A DNA stretch of 64,000 bases from Candidatus Sungiibacteriota bacterium (GTDB lineage Bacteria; Patescibacteriota; Minisyncoccia; Sungbacterales; HO2-52-23), in the NCBI GenBank assembly GCA_016180435.1, contig JACPBG010000003.1, positions 13,791 to 77,790 of the forward strand, written 5' to 3'. The notes beneath the pieces are model-generated. The model was not told the origin of the DNA, ran no database searches, and was given only the letters and a program-made list of their open reading frames with translations. Positions 1 through 9,417 of the stretch are shown piece after piece. The number at the start of each line of letters is the position of its first letter. The first letter of the stretch is position 1. Made by a program: the position numbers and the translations under genes.

Positions 1-1
1 T

Positions 2-2140
2 GAGCTTCATGAAAAAAGCGGCGGCGCGAAAAATCAATATATTTTTATGCGGCATGGCCAGGCCGTGACTAATGTACGCGATATCGTGTCTACCGATCCG
101 GGCGGAAATTATTCCTTGACTCTTCGTGGCAGAACACAGGCAGAAAAAGCCGGAGAAAAACTAAAAAGCAAAAAAATTGACATCATTTTTTCATCCGATA
201 TTTTGCGCGCCAAGGAAACAGCTGAAATTGTAGCGGGCAAACTCGGTATTAAATCCATCCGGCTCGATGAGCGTCTGCGCGAGATTATTGTCGGGGAATT
301 TGAGGGGCGTTCCATCGGCGCGTACCGTGGTTTTTTTGCGGACGCGCGAGCCCGTTTTACAAAGGCTCCGCCAGGCGGCGAAACATTGCATGATGTACGG
401 CGGCGCGCAATTTCTTTTTTGTACGAATTGGAACGAAAATACGAGGGCAAAACCATTCTTATCGTAAGCCACGGCGATACGCTCTGGATGATGGGCAATA
501 CTGCGCGCGGTTTTTCGGAAGAAGAAGTTTGTGCGCTAAATTTAATGCCCGGGGATGAGGCCACACCCTTTGCGGAGCCGTATGAGGTGGCATATAAAAA
601 TCTGCCGCGGGACGAGACCGGAGATATAAATTTACATCGTCCGTATGTAGATTCGTTTCTGCTGATTTGCCCGAAATGCCGCGGCTCTATGCATCGCGTG
701 TCTGAGGTCGCGGACGTGTGGTTTGATTCTGGAGCAATGCCATACGCGAGCGTTCACTATCCGTTCACGCCCGCGCAAATTCCAAATTCCAAACTCCAAA
801 TCATAAACAAATTCCAAACCCCAAACTCCAAATTCAAAATTCCGTTTCCAGCTGATTATATAGCAGAAGCCGTGGATCAGACGCGCGGATGGTTTTATAC
901 GCTGCTTGCGGTAGCGGTGCTTTTGGGCAAAGGAACGCCATATAGGAATGTAATTTCTCTCGGCCATGTTTTGGATAAAAACGGGCAGAAAATGTCTAAG
1001 TCTAAAGGCAATGTGGTAAATCCGTGGGAAATGATTCAAAAATACGGAGCCGATGCCTTGCGCTGGTATTTTTATACTATAAATTCTCCAGGCGAGCCGA
1101 AGCGTTTTGACGAAAAGGACTTATTGCAGAAATTACGCGGATTTTTAATGACGTTTTGGAACAGTTTTGTTTTGTTTGACACATACATTGATAAAATTCC
1201 AAATTCCAAATTCCAAATTCCAAACAAATCCCAAAGAAAAAATCCAAAAATTCAAAACGTTTTGGATCAGTGGATTATTTTGAAACTGGATATGCTTACG
1301 GCATTCATCACGGAGAAGTTGGATCAGTACGATATCACAGCTGCGGCGCGCGCTATAGAGGATTTTACCGTCATTGATTTTTCGCAATGGTTCTTGCGCC
1401 GTTCGCGCCGCCGTTTTCAGCATCCGGAGTCAATGAAAGAAAAAAATGAAGCAGCAACAACCGCGGCCATAGTTTTGGAAACCCTTTGCCGGATTTCTGC
1501 GCCTTTTGTGCCGTTTCTTTCCGAGGCAATATACCAGGAACTCCGTAAAAAGGGAAAATACAAGGAAACGAGCGTGCATCTTACGGAGTGGCCCATAATA
1601 AAATCAAAAATCAAAATTCCCGCCCCCGCTAAGGCTTCGGCGGACAGGCAAAAATCAAAATTACTGAACGACATGGAGATTGTACGGGATGTTGTAGCAG
1701 AGGCATTGAAATTACGGGCGCAAGCGGGAATTAAGGTAAGACAACCATTACAAGAACTTAGAATCAAGAACTTAGAACTTAGAAATCAGTCGGGACTGCT
1801 TGAATTGATAAAAGACGAGGTGAATGTGAAAAAAATAACTTTCGGAAAAGAACTTAAACTTGATATAAAAATTACGCCGGAATTGAAAGAGGAGGGCTGG
1901 GTGCGTGAATTTATCCGCAATATTCAGGAAATGCGTCGCGATGCCGGGCGAAAACCAGGCCAAAAAATCAGTTGTCAGATTATGGGCTCGCAGAAACTTG
2001 AGCAAATCATGGAGCGCTGGACCAAATTCATTAAAAAAGAAACGAATACGACTGAATTTAAAGTCGGAGGAAAGCGCGTATTCAAAATAGAGCGGGAGGT
2101 TGAATTCGGCGAAGAAAATTTATGGATAGGAATTTCGTAA
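2..2140 (+). CDS. ileS: Isoleucyl-tRNA synthetase, 5'-partial, with an inserted histidine-phosphatase domain
   Basis: Frame is open from position 2. Motifs DVWFDSG, EAVDQTRGWF and KMSKS are present. An RHG...SHG phosphatase domain lies at about 30-590. Confidence 0.95.
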   Translation, partial: ELHEKSGGAKNQYIFMRHGQAVTNVRDIVSTDPGGNYSLTLRGRTQAEKAGEKLKSKKIDIIFSSDILRAKETAEIVAGKLGIKSIRLDERLREIIVGEFEGRSIGAYRGFFADARARFTKAPPGGETLHDVRRRAISFLYELERKYEGKTILIVSHGDTLWMMGNTARGFSEEEVCALNLMPGDEATPFAEPYEVAYKNLPRDETGDINLHRPYVDSFLLICPKCRGSMHRVSEVADVWFDSGAMPYASVHYPFTPAQIPNSKLQIINKFQTPNSKFKIPFPADYIAEAVDQTRGWFYTLLAVAVLLGKGTPYRNVISLGHVLDKNGQKMSKSKGNVVNPWEMIQKYGADALRWYFYTINSPGEPKRFDEKDLLQKLRGFLMTFWNSFVLFDTYIDKIPNSKFQIPNKSQRKNPKIQNVLDQWIILKLDMLTAFITEKLDQYDITAAARAIEDFTVIDFSQWFLRRSRRRFQHPESMKEKNEAATTAAIVLETLCRISAPFVPFLSEAIYQELRKKGKYKETSVHLTEWPIIKSKIKIPAPAKASADRQKSKLLNDMEIVRDVVAEALKLRAQAGIKVRQPLQELRIKNLELRNQSGLLELIKDEVNVKKITFGKELKLDIKITPELKEEGWVREFIRNIQEMRRDAGRKPGQKISCQIMGSQKLEQIMERWTKFIKKETNTTEFKVGGKRVFKIEREVEFGEENLWIGIS

Positions 2141-2156
2141 TCATCGGTTAAAGCTC

Positions 2157-2411
2157 ATGATTTATTTCACGGCACACGCCAAGGACAAATTTGAAATATT
2201 GAAACGGCACGGCGTTTTCATTATCCGACGTCAGGTTCTGGATGCGGTGCTGTGCCCTGAAATTGTTGATAATTCTCGGGCTCCGTTAAAAATTGTCCAG
2301 CGTCAGTTTGACGAAACACGGGTATTGCGCGTAGTATATAGGGAGGAAAGGCGAACAAAAATAATCATCACTTTTTATCCGGGCAGAAAATCTCAATATG
2401 AAAAAAAATAA
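2157..2411 (+). CDS. Small DUF4258/BrnT-like putative toxin
   Basis: 84 aa with FTAHA at the N-terminus and LRVVY...IITFYP at the C-terminus. Overlaps the next small gene. Confidence 0.65.
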   Translation: MIYFTAHAKDKFEILKRHGVFIIRRQVLDAVLCPEIVDNSRAPLKIVQRQFDETRVLRVVYREERRTKIIITFYPGRKSQYEKK

Positions 2412-2628
2412 TATAAAAATGAGTTATGAGCCGGAAGCTGATGTTTTGCGGATAGAGGCGCAAAAAGGGCCCATTTGGTATGCCAGCGAAGTCGGAAATG
2501 TCATTGTGCACTTTAATCGGAAAGGTAATCCGATGTATTTCGAAATTCTCGACGCAACAAAATTCCTCAAAAAAGCATCGACTCTTCTTCATTTTCCTGT
2601 GTCGCGAATTGGCGCGATGGCACAATGA
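2398..2628 (+). CDS. DUF2283-like putative antitoxin
   Basis: YEPEADVL...EILDA pattern. Coupled to the upstream gene. Confidence 0.7.
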   Translation: MKKNNIKMSYEPEADVLRIEAQKGPIWYASEVGNVIVHFNRKGNPMYFEILDATKFLKKASTLLHFPVSRIGAMAQ

Positions 2629-2735
2629 GTTATCTCTATATGGGACCGGTAGATCGCACATGCCAAAATTGTAAAAACGAGTTCACTATCGAACCCGATG
2701 ATTTTGAGTTTTATTTACCCTCCCAAGTTTTGTAA
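2625..2735 (+). pseudogene. N-terminal fragment of a Cys-rich Zn-binding protein
   Basis: Manual translation gives MSYLYMGPVDRTCQNCKNEFTIEPDDFEFY. The frame then stops inside a palindrome at 2718-2751. Confidence 0.6.
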
Positions 2736-2765
2736 TGCAAAATTTGGGAGGGCGAGCGAAAAAAC

Positions 2766-4585
2766 ATGACACGCCAATGCCAAAATTGTAAACAGAGTGC
2801 CGTATTCATGTCCCGCCGCCGACCTGGTGCCCGGAGTGCAGATTGGTTCGTAGAATTCTCTGGCGAAATGAAAAAACGCTCTATAAGCGGAGTTGTGACG
2901 TTCCGGGACATACGGAGCAATTACTTTCTACGTATTCGGCTGAAAAGCCGTTTAACGTTTATGACCAAAAGTATTGGTGGTCAGATGTATGGGATCCTCT
3001 GCAATTCGGGAGGAAATATGATTTTACACAGCCATTTTTTGAACAATTCCGGCAACTCATTCGGGCGGTTCCGCATCCTATACTTTTGACCGAGTATACT
3101 ACCTGTATAAATAGCGATTATTCCAATTGGGCCGGGGAGCTTAAAAATTGTTATTTAATCTCCGATGCGGATGTGGTGCAGGATTCCGCATACGGATCAG
3201 GAGTGTTTAACTGTAAAGATTGTTTTGATAACGGGAATATCTCGGAATCCGAACTATCGGCGCATAATTTCAATGTGCGTAAGTGCTACCGTACTGTTTT
3301 TTCGGTAGATTGTTCGTCATGTACGGAGGTATGGCTATCTAAAAATTGTATCGGATGCACAAATTGCTTTGGTTGCGTTAATTTAAGAAATAAATCTTAC
3401 CACATTTTTAATGTCCCCTACGATAGAGATAACTATTTTAAAAAATTGGAAGAATTCCGGCTCGGATCATTTGAAAATTTTGAAAAACTGCGGTTTGAAG
3501 CGGAGAAATTTTGGAATGCGCAGCCACAGAAATATATGCGAGGATTTTCTAATACGCGAACCTCGGGTGATTATATCTATCACTCCAAAAATGTTCAGCA
3601 CGGTTTTTTAATTACCGGCGTGGAAGATAGTAAATTTGTAGTTCTTACTCATGTTCCTTCTACGAAAGATTGCTATGACTATACGGATTGGGGATATGGA
3701 GCGGAGCGGCTATATGAATGTATGACGGTGGGGCTAAAGGCGAGTGATATAAAATTTAGTCACATTGTTTTCAGAAATGTGATGGATGTACAATACAGTT
3801 TTTGGTGCGGATCCGGATCATCAAACCTTTTTGGCTGCATCGGCCTCCGCTCCAAATCCTACTGCATCCTAAACAAGCAATACACCAAAGAAGAATACGA
3901 AACACTCGTCCCCAAGATCATTAAACACATGAACTCCATGCCTTATATAGATAAGAAAGGAAGAGTATATAAATATGGTGAATTCTTCCCTCCAGAGCTC
4001 TCTCCCTTCGCATATAACGAAACCATAGCCCAGGAATACTTTCCTTTAACCAAGGAACAAGCCATAGAGCAGGGATATGCCTGGAAAGACCCCGAGGAAC
4101 GAAATTACAAAATCCAAATTCCAAATGATAAACTACCGGATCACATTAAAGACGTTCCCGACGATATCGTGGGGCAGGTGATAGAGTGCGGCCATGCCAT
4201 ACAAGAATCAAGAAGCATGAATCATGAATCAAGAGTAATCTGTAACGAACAATGTACCGAAGCCTTTAAGATCATCAAACCCGAACTGGAGTTCTACCGT
4301 AAAATGAACCTGCCCCTGCCCCGTTTATGCCCCAATTGCCGGCATTACCAGAGAATCAAGCAAAGAAACCCCCTCCGCCTCTGGCACCGCCAATGCATGT
4401 GCCAAGGCGCAAAATCCCAAATCTCAAATTCCAAATCCCAAACAAATTCCAATTTCCAATATAAAAACACTGCCGCTCATTCCCACGGACCAAGTCCCTG
4501 CCCCAATGAGTTTGAGACATCTTACGCTCCGGAGAGACCGGAGATAGTTTATTGCGAGGCCTGTTACAATACGGAGATTATTTAG
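2766..4585 (+). CDS. Large Cys-rich Zn-ribbon protein of a common CPR type, frameshifted near the 5' end
   Basis: MTRQCQNCKQ starts at 2766 in one frame. RIHVPPPTWCPECRLVRR continues from 2801 in the frame of ORF 2843-4585. Many CxxC motifs, ending YCEACY. Confidence 0.75.
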
Positions 4586-4620
4586 ATAAAGACAGGCCGA
4601 TGTCTCGCCGAAGCTTTAGC

Positions 4621-4816
4621 GAAGGCGGACGAAAGTTGCTACAATTCTGAAGTTGTATAATGAAAGCATGCGGAGTCCCGCTTCAATTCAAGAATTGATT
4701 TTGTATATAGACGTAGTAAGCCGAAGGCGTTGCCGCGCGATGATCATAATTTTACTGCTGACTTCGCATGGAATTGAGGCGGGACGAAAGTTGCTACAAT
4801 GCAGAAGTGGTATAAT
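4621..4816 (+). repeat. Imperfect ~40 bp direct repeat containing TATAAT, flanking a structured segment
   Basis: GGACGAAAGTTGCTACAAT-n-GAAGT-n-GTATAAT occurs at about 4627-4661 and 4782-4816. Confidence 0.8.
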
Positions 4817-4868
4817 AGTTTCTTATCTTCTCTAATTCGCGTGAATTAGAGAATAGCAGAATACGTAT

Positions 4869-5357
4869 ATGTTTATATATAGTACGCAAGGAATAATTCT
4901 TTCTCGTTCGACCGCCGGAGAGGCGGATGCGATTTTTTCAATCTATACTAAGGACTTTGGAAAAATTTTGGCACGCGCGCAAGGAATTAAAAAAGAAGAA
5001 GCAAAATTAAAAGGTCATCTGGAGACATTGCATTTAAGTTCAACCCAGTTTGTTTTGGGGAAAAATGGCGCACGGCTCATCGGCGCCTCATTATTGAATT
5101 CGTGGCCCATAATTCGATCCGATTTTGATAAGTCCATGGCCGCTCTGCGTATTACAGAAACGTTTGATCGCCACTGTTTTCCGAATGACCGTGACGAATC
5201 GTTATGGAACGTATTGCTTGAAAGTTTGACCCTGCTTGAGCGCAGCGAATTTTTTGCTGGTGATTTCCAAAAATTTCTACGTTCTTTCGAGGAAAAGTTT
5301 TCGGTCACGCTCGGTTATGGGGATACAAAAAGTGCGGTAAGTTATGGTATACTATAA
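4869..5357 (+). CDS. recO: DNA repair protein RecO (short form)
   Basis: GIILSR..GEAD..YTKDFGKI.A.A.G matches the RecO N-terminal OB-fold pattern. Confidence 0.85.
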   Translation: MFIYSTQGIILSRSTAGEADAIFSIYTKDFGKILARAQGIKKEEAKLKGHLETLHLSSTQFVLGKNGARLIGASLLNSWPIIRSDFDKSMAALRITETFDRHCFPNDRDESLWNVLLESLTLLERSEFFAGDFQKFLRSFEEKFSVTLGYGDTKSAVSYGIL

Positions 5358-5359
5358 TT

Positions 5360-7276
5360 ATGTCAAAATTAGAGAATCTTGAAGAAGAACTTTATGGTAA
5401 AGAAGCCGAGGGAAAATTAGCCAAGCGCATGCGCCATAAAGAGGAACTTCCTTTGCCGCATCGCTCCGATCAGACCTCGTGGCAGGAATACGAATCGCCG
5501 CCTCCACCCCAAAATACAAAGCGGCCGCGATTTTTTATTTTTGACTATCGGGCTCTGATTTTGCTTCTGGGGGGATTGGTATTCCTGGCGGTTTTTGCCG
5601 GGGCTATTTTTGTGTATTTTTATTTTCAGACCCAGGGTAAGGAAGCGGAGATTGCAATTTTTTCGCGCGATACCGCAGAATCCGGGGAGAGGGTAACATT
5701 CTCGGTGGTGGTGAAGAATGTTTCGCGATATTCTCTTGAGGACGGGGAGGTGGTGCTAGTTCTTCCTTCCGGCTCGATTCTTATTGAAGAGGGCGAGGAG
5801 CGTTCTGCTCCGTCGCGGCTTGTCAAAAAAATATCTCCGGTCCAGCCGCGTGGCGAAGAAACAATTGAAGTTGCGGCGCGTATTTTTGGGTCGGAGTTTG
5901 AAGAGCGCAAGATTGACGCGTCTTTTCATTATCGGCCGGAGAATCTCCGCGCGCGATTTACCGCGCGCGCCTCCAAGGCGTTTACCATAAACCGTGTACC
6001 CATTGCAATTTCTTGGGAAGTTCCGGAATTGGTTACGCAGAATCAGGAAATGGAACTTCGGGTAGATTATATATCAAACGCGCGCGCGCCTTTTGATGAT
6101 TTATCGTTTCGTATCGAGTATCCGCCCGGGTTTAAATTTATTTCCGCCGATCCCAAGCCGGGTTCCGGAGAGACGATTTGGAGAATCGGCACCCTGGACC
6201 CCGGCGGCGGAGGGAGTATACGCATACGCGGGATTATAACCGGACAGGAAGGCGAGACCAAAGCATTCCGGGGGAGTATCGGATTATATAACTCGGCAAC
6301 CCGTGACTGGAAACCATATGTGGATGCCAGCCAGGATTTGAAGTTTTCAACCGATCCTTTATCGGTCAGGATTTCGCTCGGGCGCGATGTCGAAAATATA
6401 ATTGTACCCGGGGCTCATCCCACATTTTTCGTGTATTATCGGAACAATACGCCGGTTATTTTGCGGAATGTATCCATATTGGTATCTATTGAGGGGGGTA
6501 TAATTTTAAAAGATACGATTTTTGTCAGCCGCGGCGGAGTATTTGATGGAGCGAGGCAGGCAATCATTTGGGGGCCGGGGAATATTCCGGAGCTTCGCGA
6601 AGTTTCGCCGGGCAAAGAGGGAGAATTCTCTTTTTCCGTTCAGACGCGGGCACAGCCCGTGATGCGAAGCGCCACGGATAAGAATCTTTTGGTGAAAGTA
6701 AAGTCACTGGCGCGTCCCGGCGATATCCCGCCGGAACTTGCGGGAACCGATTTGGAGTCGGAACATTCGGTTGAATTTAAGGTATCGTCCAAAGTCATAT
6801 TTTCGGGGAAAAGCGTTTATCGCACCTCCCCTATTAAAAATTTAGGACCCCTGCCGCCTAAAGTCGGCGCAGAAACAACCTATGTAATCGTGTGGGAAGT
6901 TAAGAATTTCACTAATGATTTAAAAAATACCGAAATTAGAGCCACTCTTCCACCGAATATAAAATGGGGGGGAGCAGTTTTCCCGTCCGATGCCAAAATT
7001 ACGTTTAGTGAATCATCGTCCGAGGTGCGGTGGAATATAGAAAATGTTCCGGCCGGTACCGGTGTTATTTCAAAGTCAATGGTGGCCGCGTTTCAGGTCG
7101 TCGTAACGCCTTCGCAGATAGATGCGGGGCGGGCGATTCCTCTGGTTAATGAAGCGCGTTTGACGGCACTTGATAGTTTTACGGGAAGCGGGATGGATGA
7201 GAAAATTGATCCCTTGACTACGGAGACAAGGCAGGATACGTTGACGAATCCTAAAGAATGGCAGGTGGTTCGGTGA
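5360..7276 (+). CDS. Membrane-anchored protein with several Ig-like (DUF11-like) beta domains
   Basis: One N-terminal TM helix followed by repeated beta-rich modules (IWRIGTL, IIWGP, VRWNI). Confidence 0.7.
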   Translation: MSKLENLEEELYGKEAEGKLAKRMRHKEELPLPHRSDQTSWQEYESPPPPQNTKRPRFFIFDYRALILLLGGLVFLAVFAGAIFVYFYFQTQGKEAEIAIFSRDTAESGERVTFSVVVKNVSRYSLEDGEVVLVLPSGSILIEEGEERSAPSRLVKKISPVQPRGEETIEVAARIFGSEFEERKIDASFHYRPENLRARFTARASKAFTINRVPIAISWEVPELVTQNQEMELRVDYISNARAPFDDLSFRIEYPPGFKFISADPKPGSGETIWRIGTLDPGGGGSIRIRGIITGQEGETKAFRGSIGLYNSATRDWKPYVDASQDLKFSTDPLSVRISLGRDVENIIVPGAHPTFFVYYRNNTPVILRNVSILVSIEGGIILKDTIFVSRGGVFDGARQAIIWGPGNIPELREVSPGKEGEFSFSVQTRAQPVMRSATDKNLLVKVKSLARPGDIPPELAGTDLESEHSVEFKVSSKVIFSGKSVYRTSPIKNLGPLPPKVGAETTYVIVWEVKNFTNDLKNTEIRATLPPNIKWGGAVFPSDAKITFSESSSEVRWNIENVPAGTGVISKSMVAAFQVVVTPSQIDAGRAIPLVNEARLTALDSFTGSGMDEKIDPLTTETRQDTLTNPKEWQVVR

Positions 7277-7526
7277 TGCGGTCTTGCAATGTTATTTTGA
7301 AACACGGGCGGGCATCCAGCGATGCCCGCCCTAAGCATCCGGCGCGGCGCCGAGCGCTAAATTCTGAAATAGTATTCTTCGAGCTTGTCGAGAAGTCACC
7401 TTATTAAATGTATTTGTGTATTCGATTATTTAGCGCTCGGACCATGCCGCCGCGCCTTCTGATTGTTTTAAAATAACATTGCGATACCGCATCGTTCACT
7501 TTTAGAATTTTCTTGATGTAGCGCTA
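7275..7526 (+). repeat. Structured multibranch element, copy A
   Basis: Outer stem of about 30 bp (7275-7304 with 7464-7493), a CCAGCG-loop hairpin, TAAGCATCC, CCATGC and the tail ATTTTCTTGATGTAGCGC. Confidence 0.85.
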
Positions 7527-7664
7527 TGTGCCGTCGTCACAATAAATTTCTTTATATAAGCCATTTTTACGGCTTGATTTTTTATCTTTCCGATGTATAA
7601 TTAGAATATTATAGAGATTCGTGATTCGTAAATATTCGCCATAAATCCGTGAAAATTTGTTTCC

Positions 7665-9338
7665 ATGAATGACAAAGAGCAAAATCTAATGGAAAAAATT
7701 GTATCGCTTGCCAAAAGACGGGGGTTTGTGTTTCCGGGTTCGGAAATTTACGGAGGACTTGCCGGAACTTGGGACTATGGGCCTTTGGGCGTGCGTTTGA
7801 AAGAAAATATCAAGCATGAGTGGTGGCGGCACATGCTTCGTGAAGACCGCATTTATCCCTTGGATGCCGCGATTTTGATGAATTCGAAAACTTGGGAGGC
7901 ATCCGGGCACATTGAGCATTTTTCCGACCCCCTAGTTGAGTGTAATAATTGTAATTATAGAGATAGACCAGATCAGTTGGTTGAGAATGAACTTGATTTA
8001 GCAACAGTTAGAAAGGAATTTCTTGTTATTATAGATGATATTGCGGACAAAATAGATTCGGATACGAATAAAGCAAAAGATCTAATGAAATCTGCAAGAA
8101 TTATAATTCAGGACCGCCTAAAAGACAACTCGCTGTCTCCCGAGGAAATATCTGCACTTCAGTCAACAGTTGAAATGATACTTAATCAATCTGAGTATCT
8201 ATTGAAAAAAAGTGGATCTAGTTTGCAAGTTAAAAGCTTTATTATTAAGGAAGTTTCAAATTCTTTAAAATACCATGGAATAGTTTTGCGTAGATATCTT
8301 AATGCTTTTGTGAGGTGTCCAAATTGTGGAGCAAGAAAATGGGGTATACCAAAGCTATTTCAAATGATGTTCAAAACTCATGCCGGACCAGTTGAAAATG
8401 CGTCCACAGTTGTTTATTTGCGTCCGGAAACCGCGCAGGGAATATTCACAAATTTTAAAAATGTGGTGGATTCGTTTCGTCCGGTTTTGCCGTTTGGCAT
8501 TGCGCAAATTGGGAAGGCGTTCAGAAATGAAATCACTCCGCGTAATTTCCTGTTCCGCGCGCGGGAATTTGAACAAATGGAACTTGAATATTTTTGCCAT
8601 CCGGAAAAAGCGGATGAATACTTCACCGATATACGCAATATGCGGATGGAGTGGTTTTTGTCGCTCGGAATCCGGAAAGACAACATACGATTTCGTGATC
8701 ACGCGAAAGACGAACTCGCGCATTATTCCCGTGCTGCCACAGATATTGAATATCGGTTCGGCTTGAATGAGGGCGGATTTTCCGAATTGGAAGGGATTGC
8801 CAATCGCGGAGATTTTGACCTTTCCAACCACGCCAAGCATTCCGGCATTGATTTGAAACTGGAAGGCATAATGCCCCACGTCATCGAGCCGTCGCTTGGG
8901 CTTGACCGTGCGTTTTTGGCGTTTTTGATGGATGCATATTATGAGGAATCCGTTGGAAGTCCGACTTCCAGCGGGAAGTCGGACTTCCCCGGAAAGCGCG
9001 TGGTATTGAAACTTCATCCTCGCCTTGCTCCGCTGAAAGTCGCCGTATTCCCGCTTCTGGCGAACAAACCGCAATTAGTTGAAAAAGCTAGGAGTATTTA
9101 TGTGATGTTGCGGGAGGCCGGAAGCTGGGGGTTGGGGGCCGCGATAGCTTGGGATGATCGTGGAAACATCGGCAAGCGTTATTTCGCGCAGGATGAAATC
9201 GGCACGCCTTGGTGTGTTACCGTAGATTTTCAGACATTGGAAGATGATACCGTGACGGTGCGGGATAGAGATACGGCCAAGCAGGAAAGAATTTCAATCA
9301 GTGAATTGCAAAAATATTTCAGAGAAAAGTTAATTTAA
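7665..9338 (+). CDS. glyQS: Glycyl-tRNA synthetase (alpha2 type) with a ~110 aa insertion
   Basis: Motifs YGGLAGTWDYGPLG, YLRPETAQG, FRNEITP, EFEQME and IEPSLG, plus the anticodon-binding domain. Confidence 0.95.
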   Translation: MNDKEQNLMEKIVSLAKRRGFVFPGSEIYGGLAGTWDYGPLGVRLKENIKHEWWRHMLREDRIYPLDAAILMNSKTWEASGHIEHFSDPLVECNNCNYRDRPDQLVENELDLATVRKEFLVIIDDIADKIDSDTNKAKDLMKSARIIIQDRLKDNSLSPEEISALQSTVEMILNQSEYLLKKSGSSLQVKSFIIKEVSNSLKYHGIVLRRYLNAFVRCPNCGARKWGIPKLFQMMFKTHAGPVENASTVVYLRPETAQGIFTNFKNVVDSFRPVLPFGIAQIGKAFRNEITPRNFLFRAREFEQMELEYFCHPEKADEYFTDIRNMRMEWFLSLGIRKDNIRFRDHAKDELAHYSRAATDIEYRFGLNEGGFSELEGIANRGDFDLSNHAKHSGIDLKLEGIMPHVIEPSLGLDRAFLAFLMDAYYEESVGSPTSSGKSDFPGKRVVLKLHPRLAPLKVAVFPLLANKPQLVEKARSIYVMLREAGSWGLGAAIAWDDRGNIGKRYFAQDEIGTPWCVTVDFQTLEDDTVTVRDRDTAKQERISISELQKYFREKLI

Positions 9339-9417
9339 TCAACGAATAACGAATCCTGTACGAATATACGAATTGAATTTATAAATTCGTTACGAAATTC
9401 AATATTCGTTGATATCA

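Noticed and set aside
7330-7460. HDV-like ribozyme (the minus strand reads GGCGGCATGGTCC, resembling the HDV 5' end)
   Set aside because: I could not build the P2/P3/P1.1 nested pseudoknot or place the catalytic C consistently across copies. The resemblance is probably coincidental.
7975-8310. Intein or intron in glyQS (also considered for leuS and ileS)
   Set aside because: No C/S...HN-C/S/T splice junctions, no LAGLIDADG motif and no frame interruption.
8355-9074. Long antisense ORF (and many similar shadow ORFs)
   Set aside because: They lie opposite well-supported genes and show no recognisable motifs.
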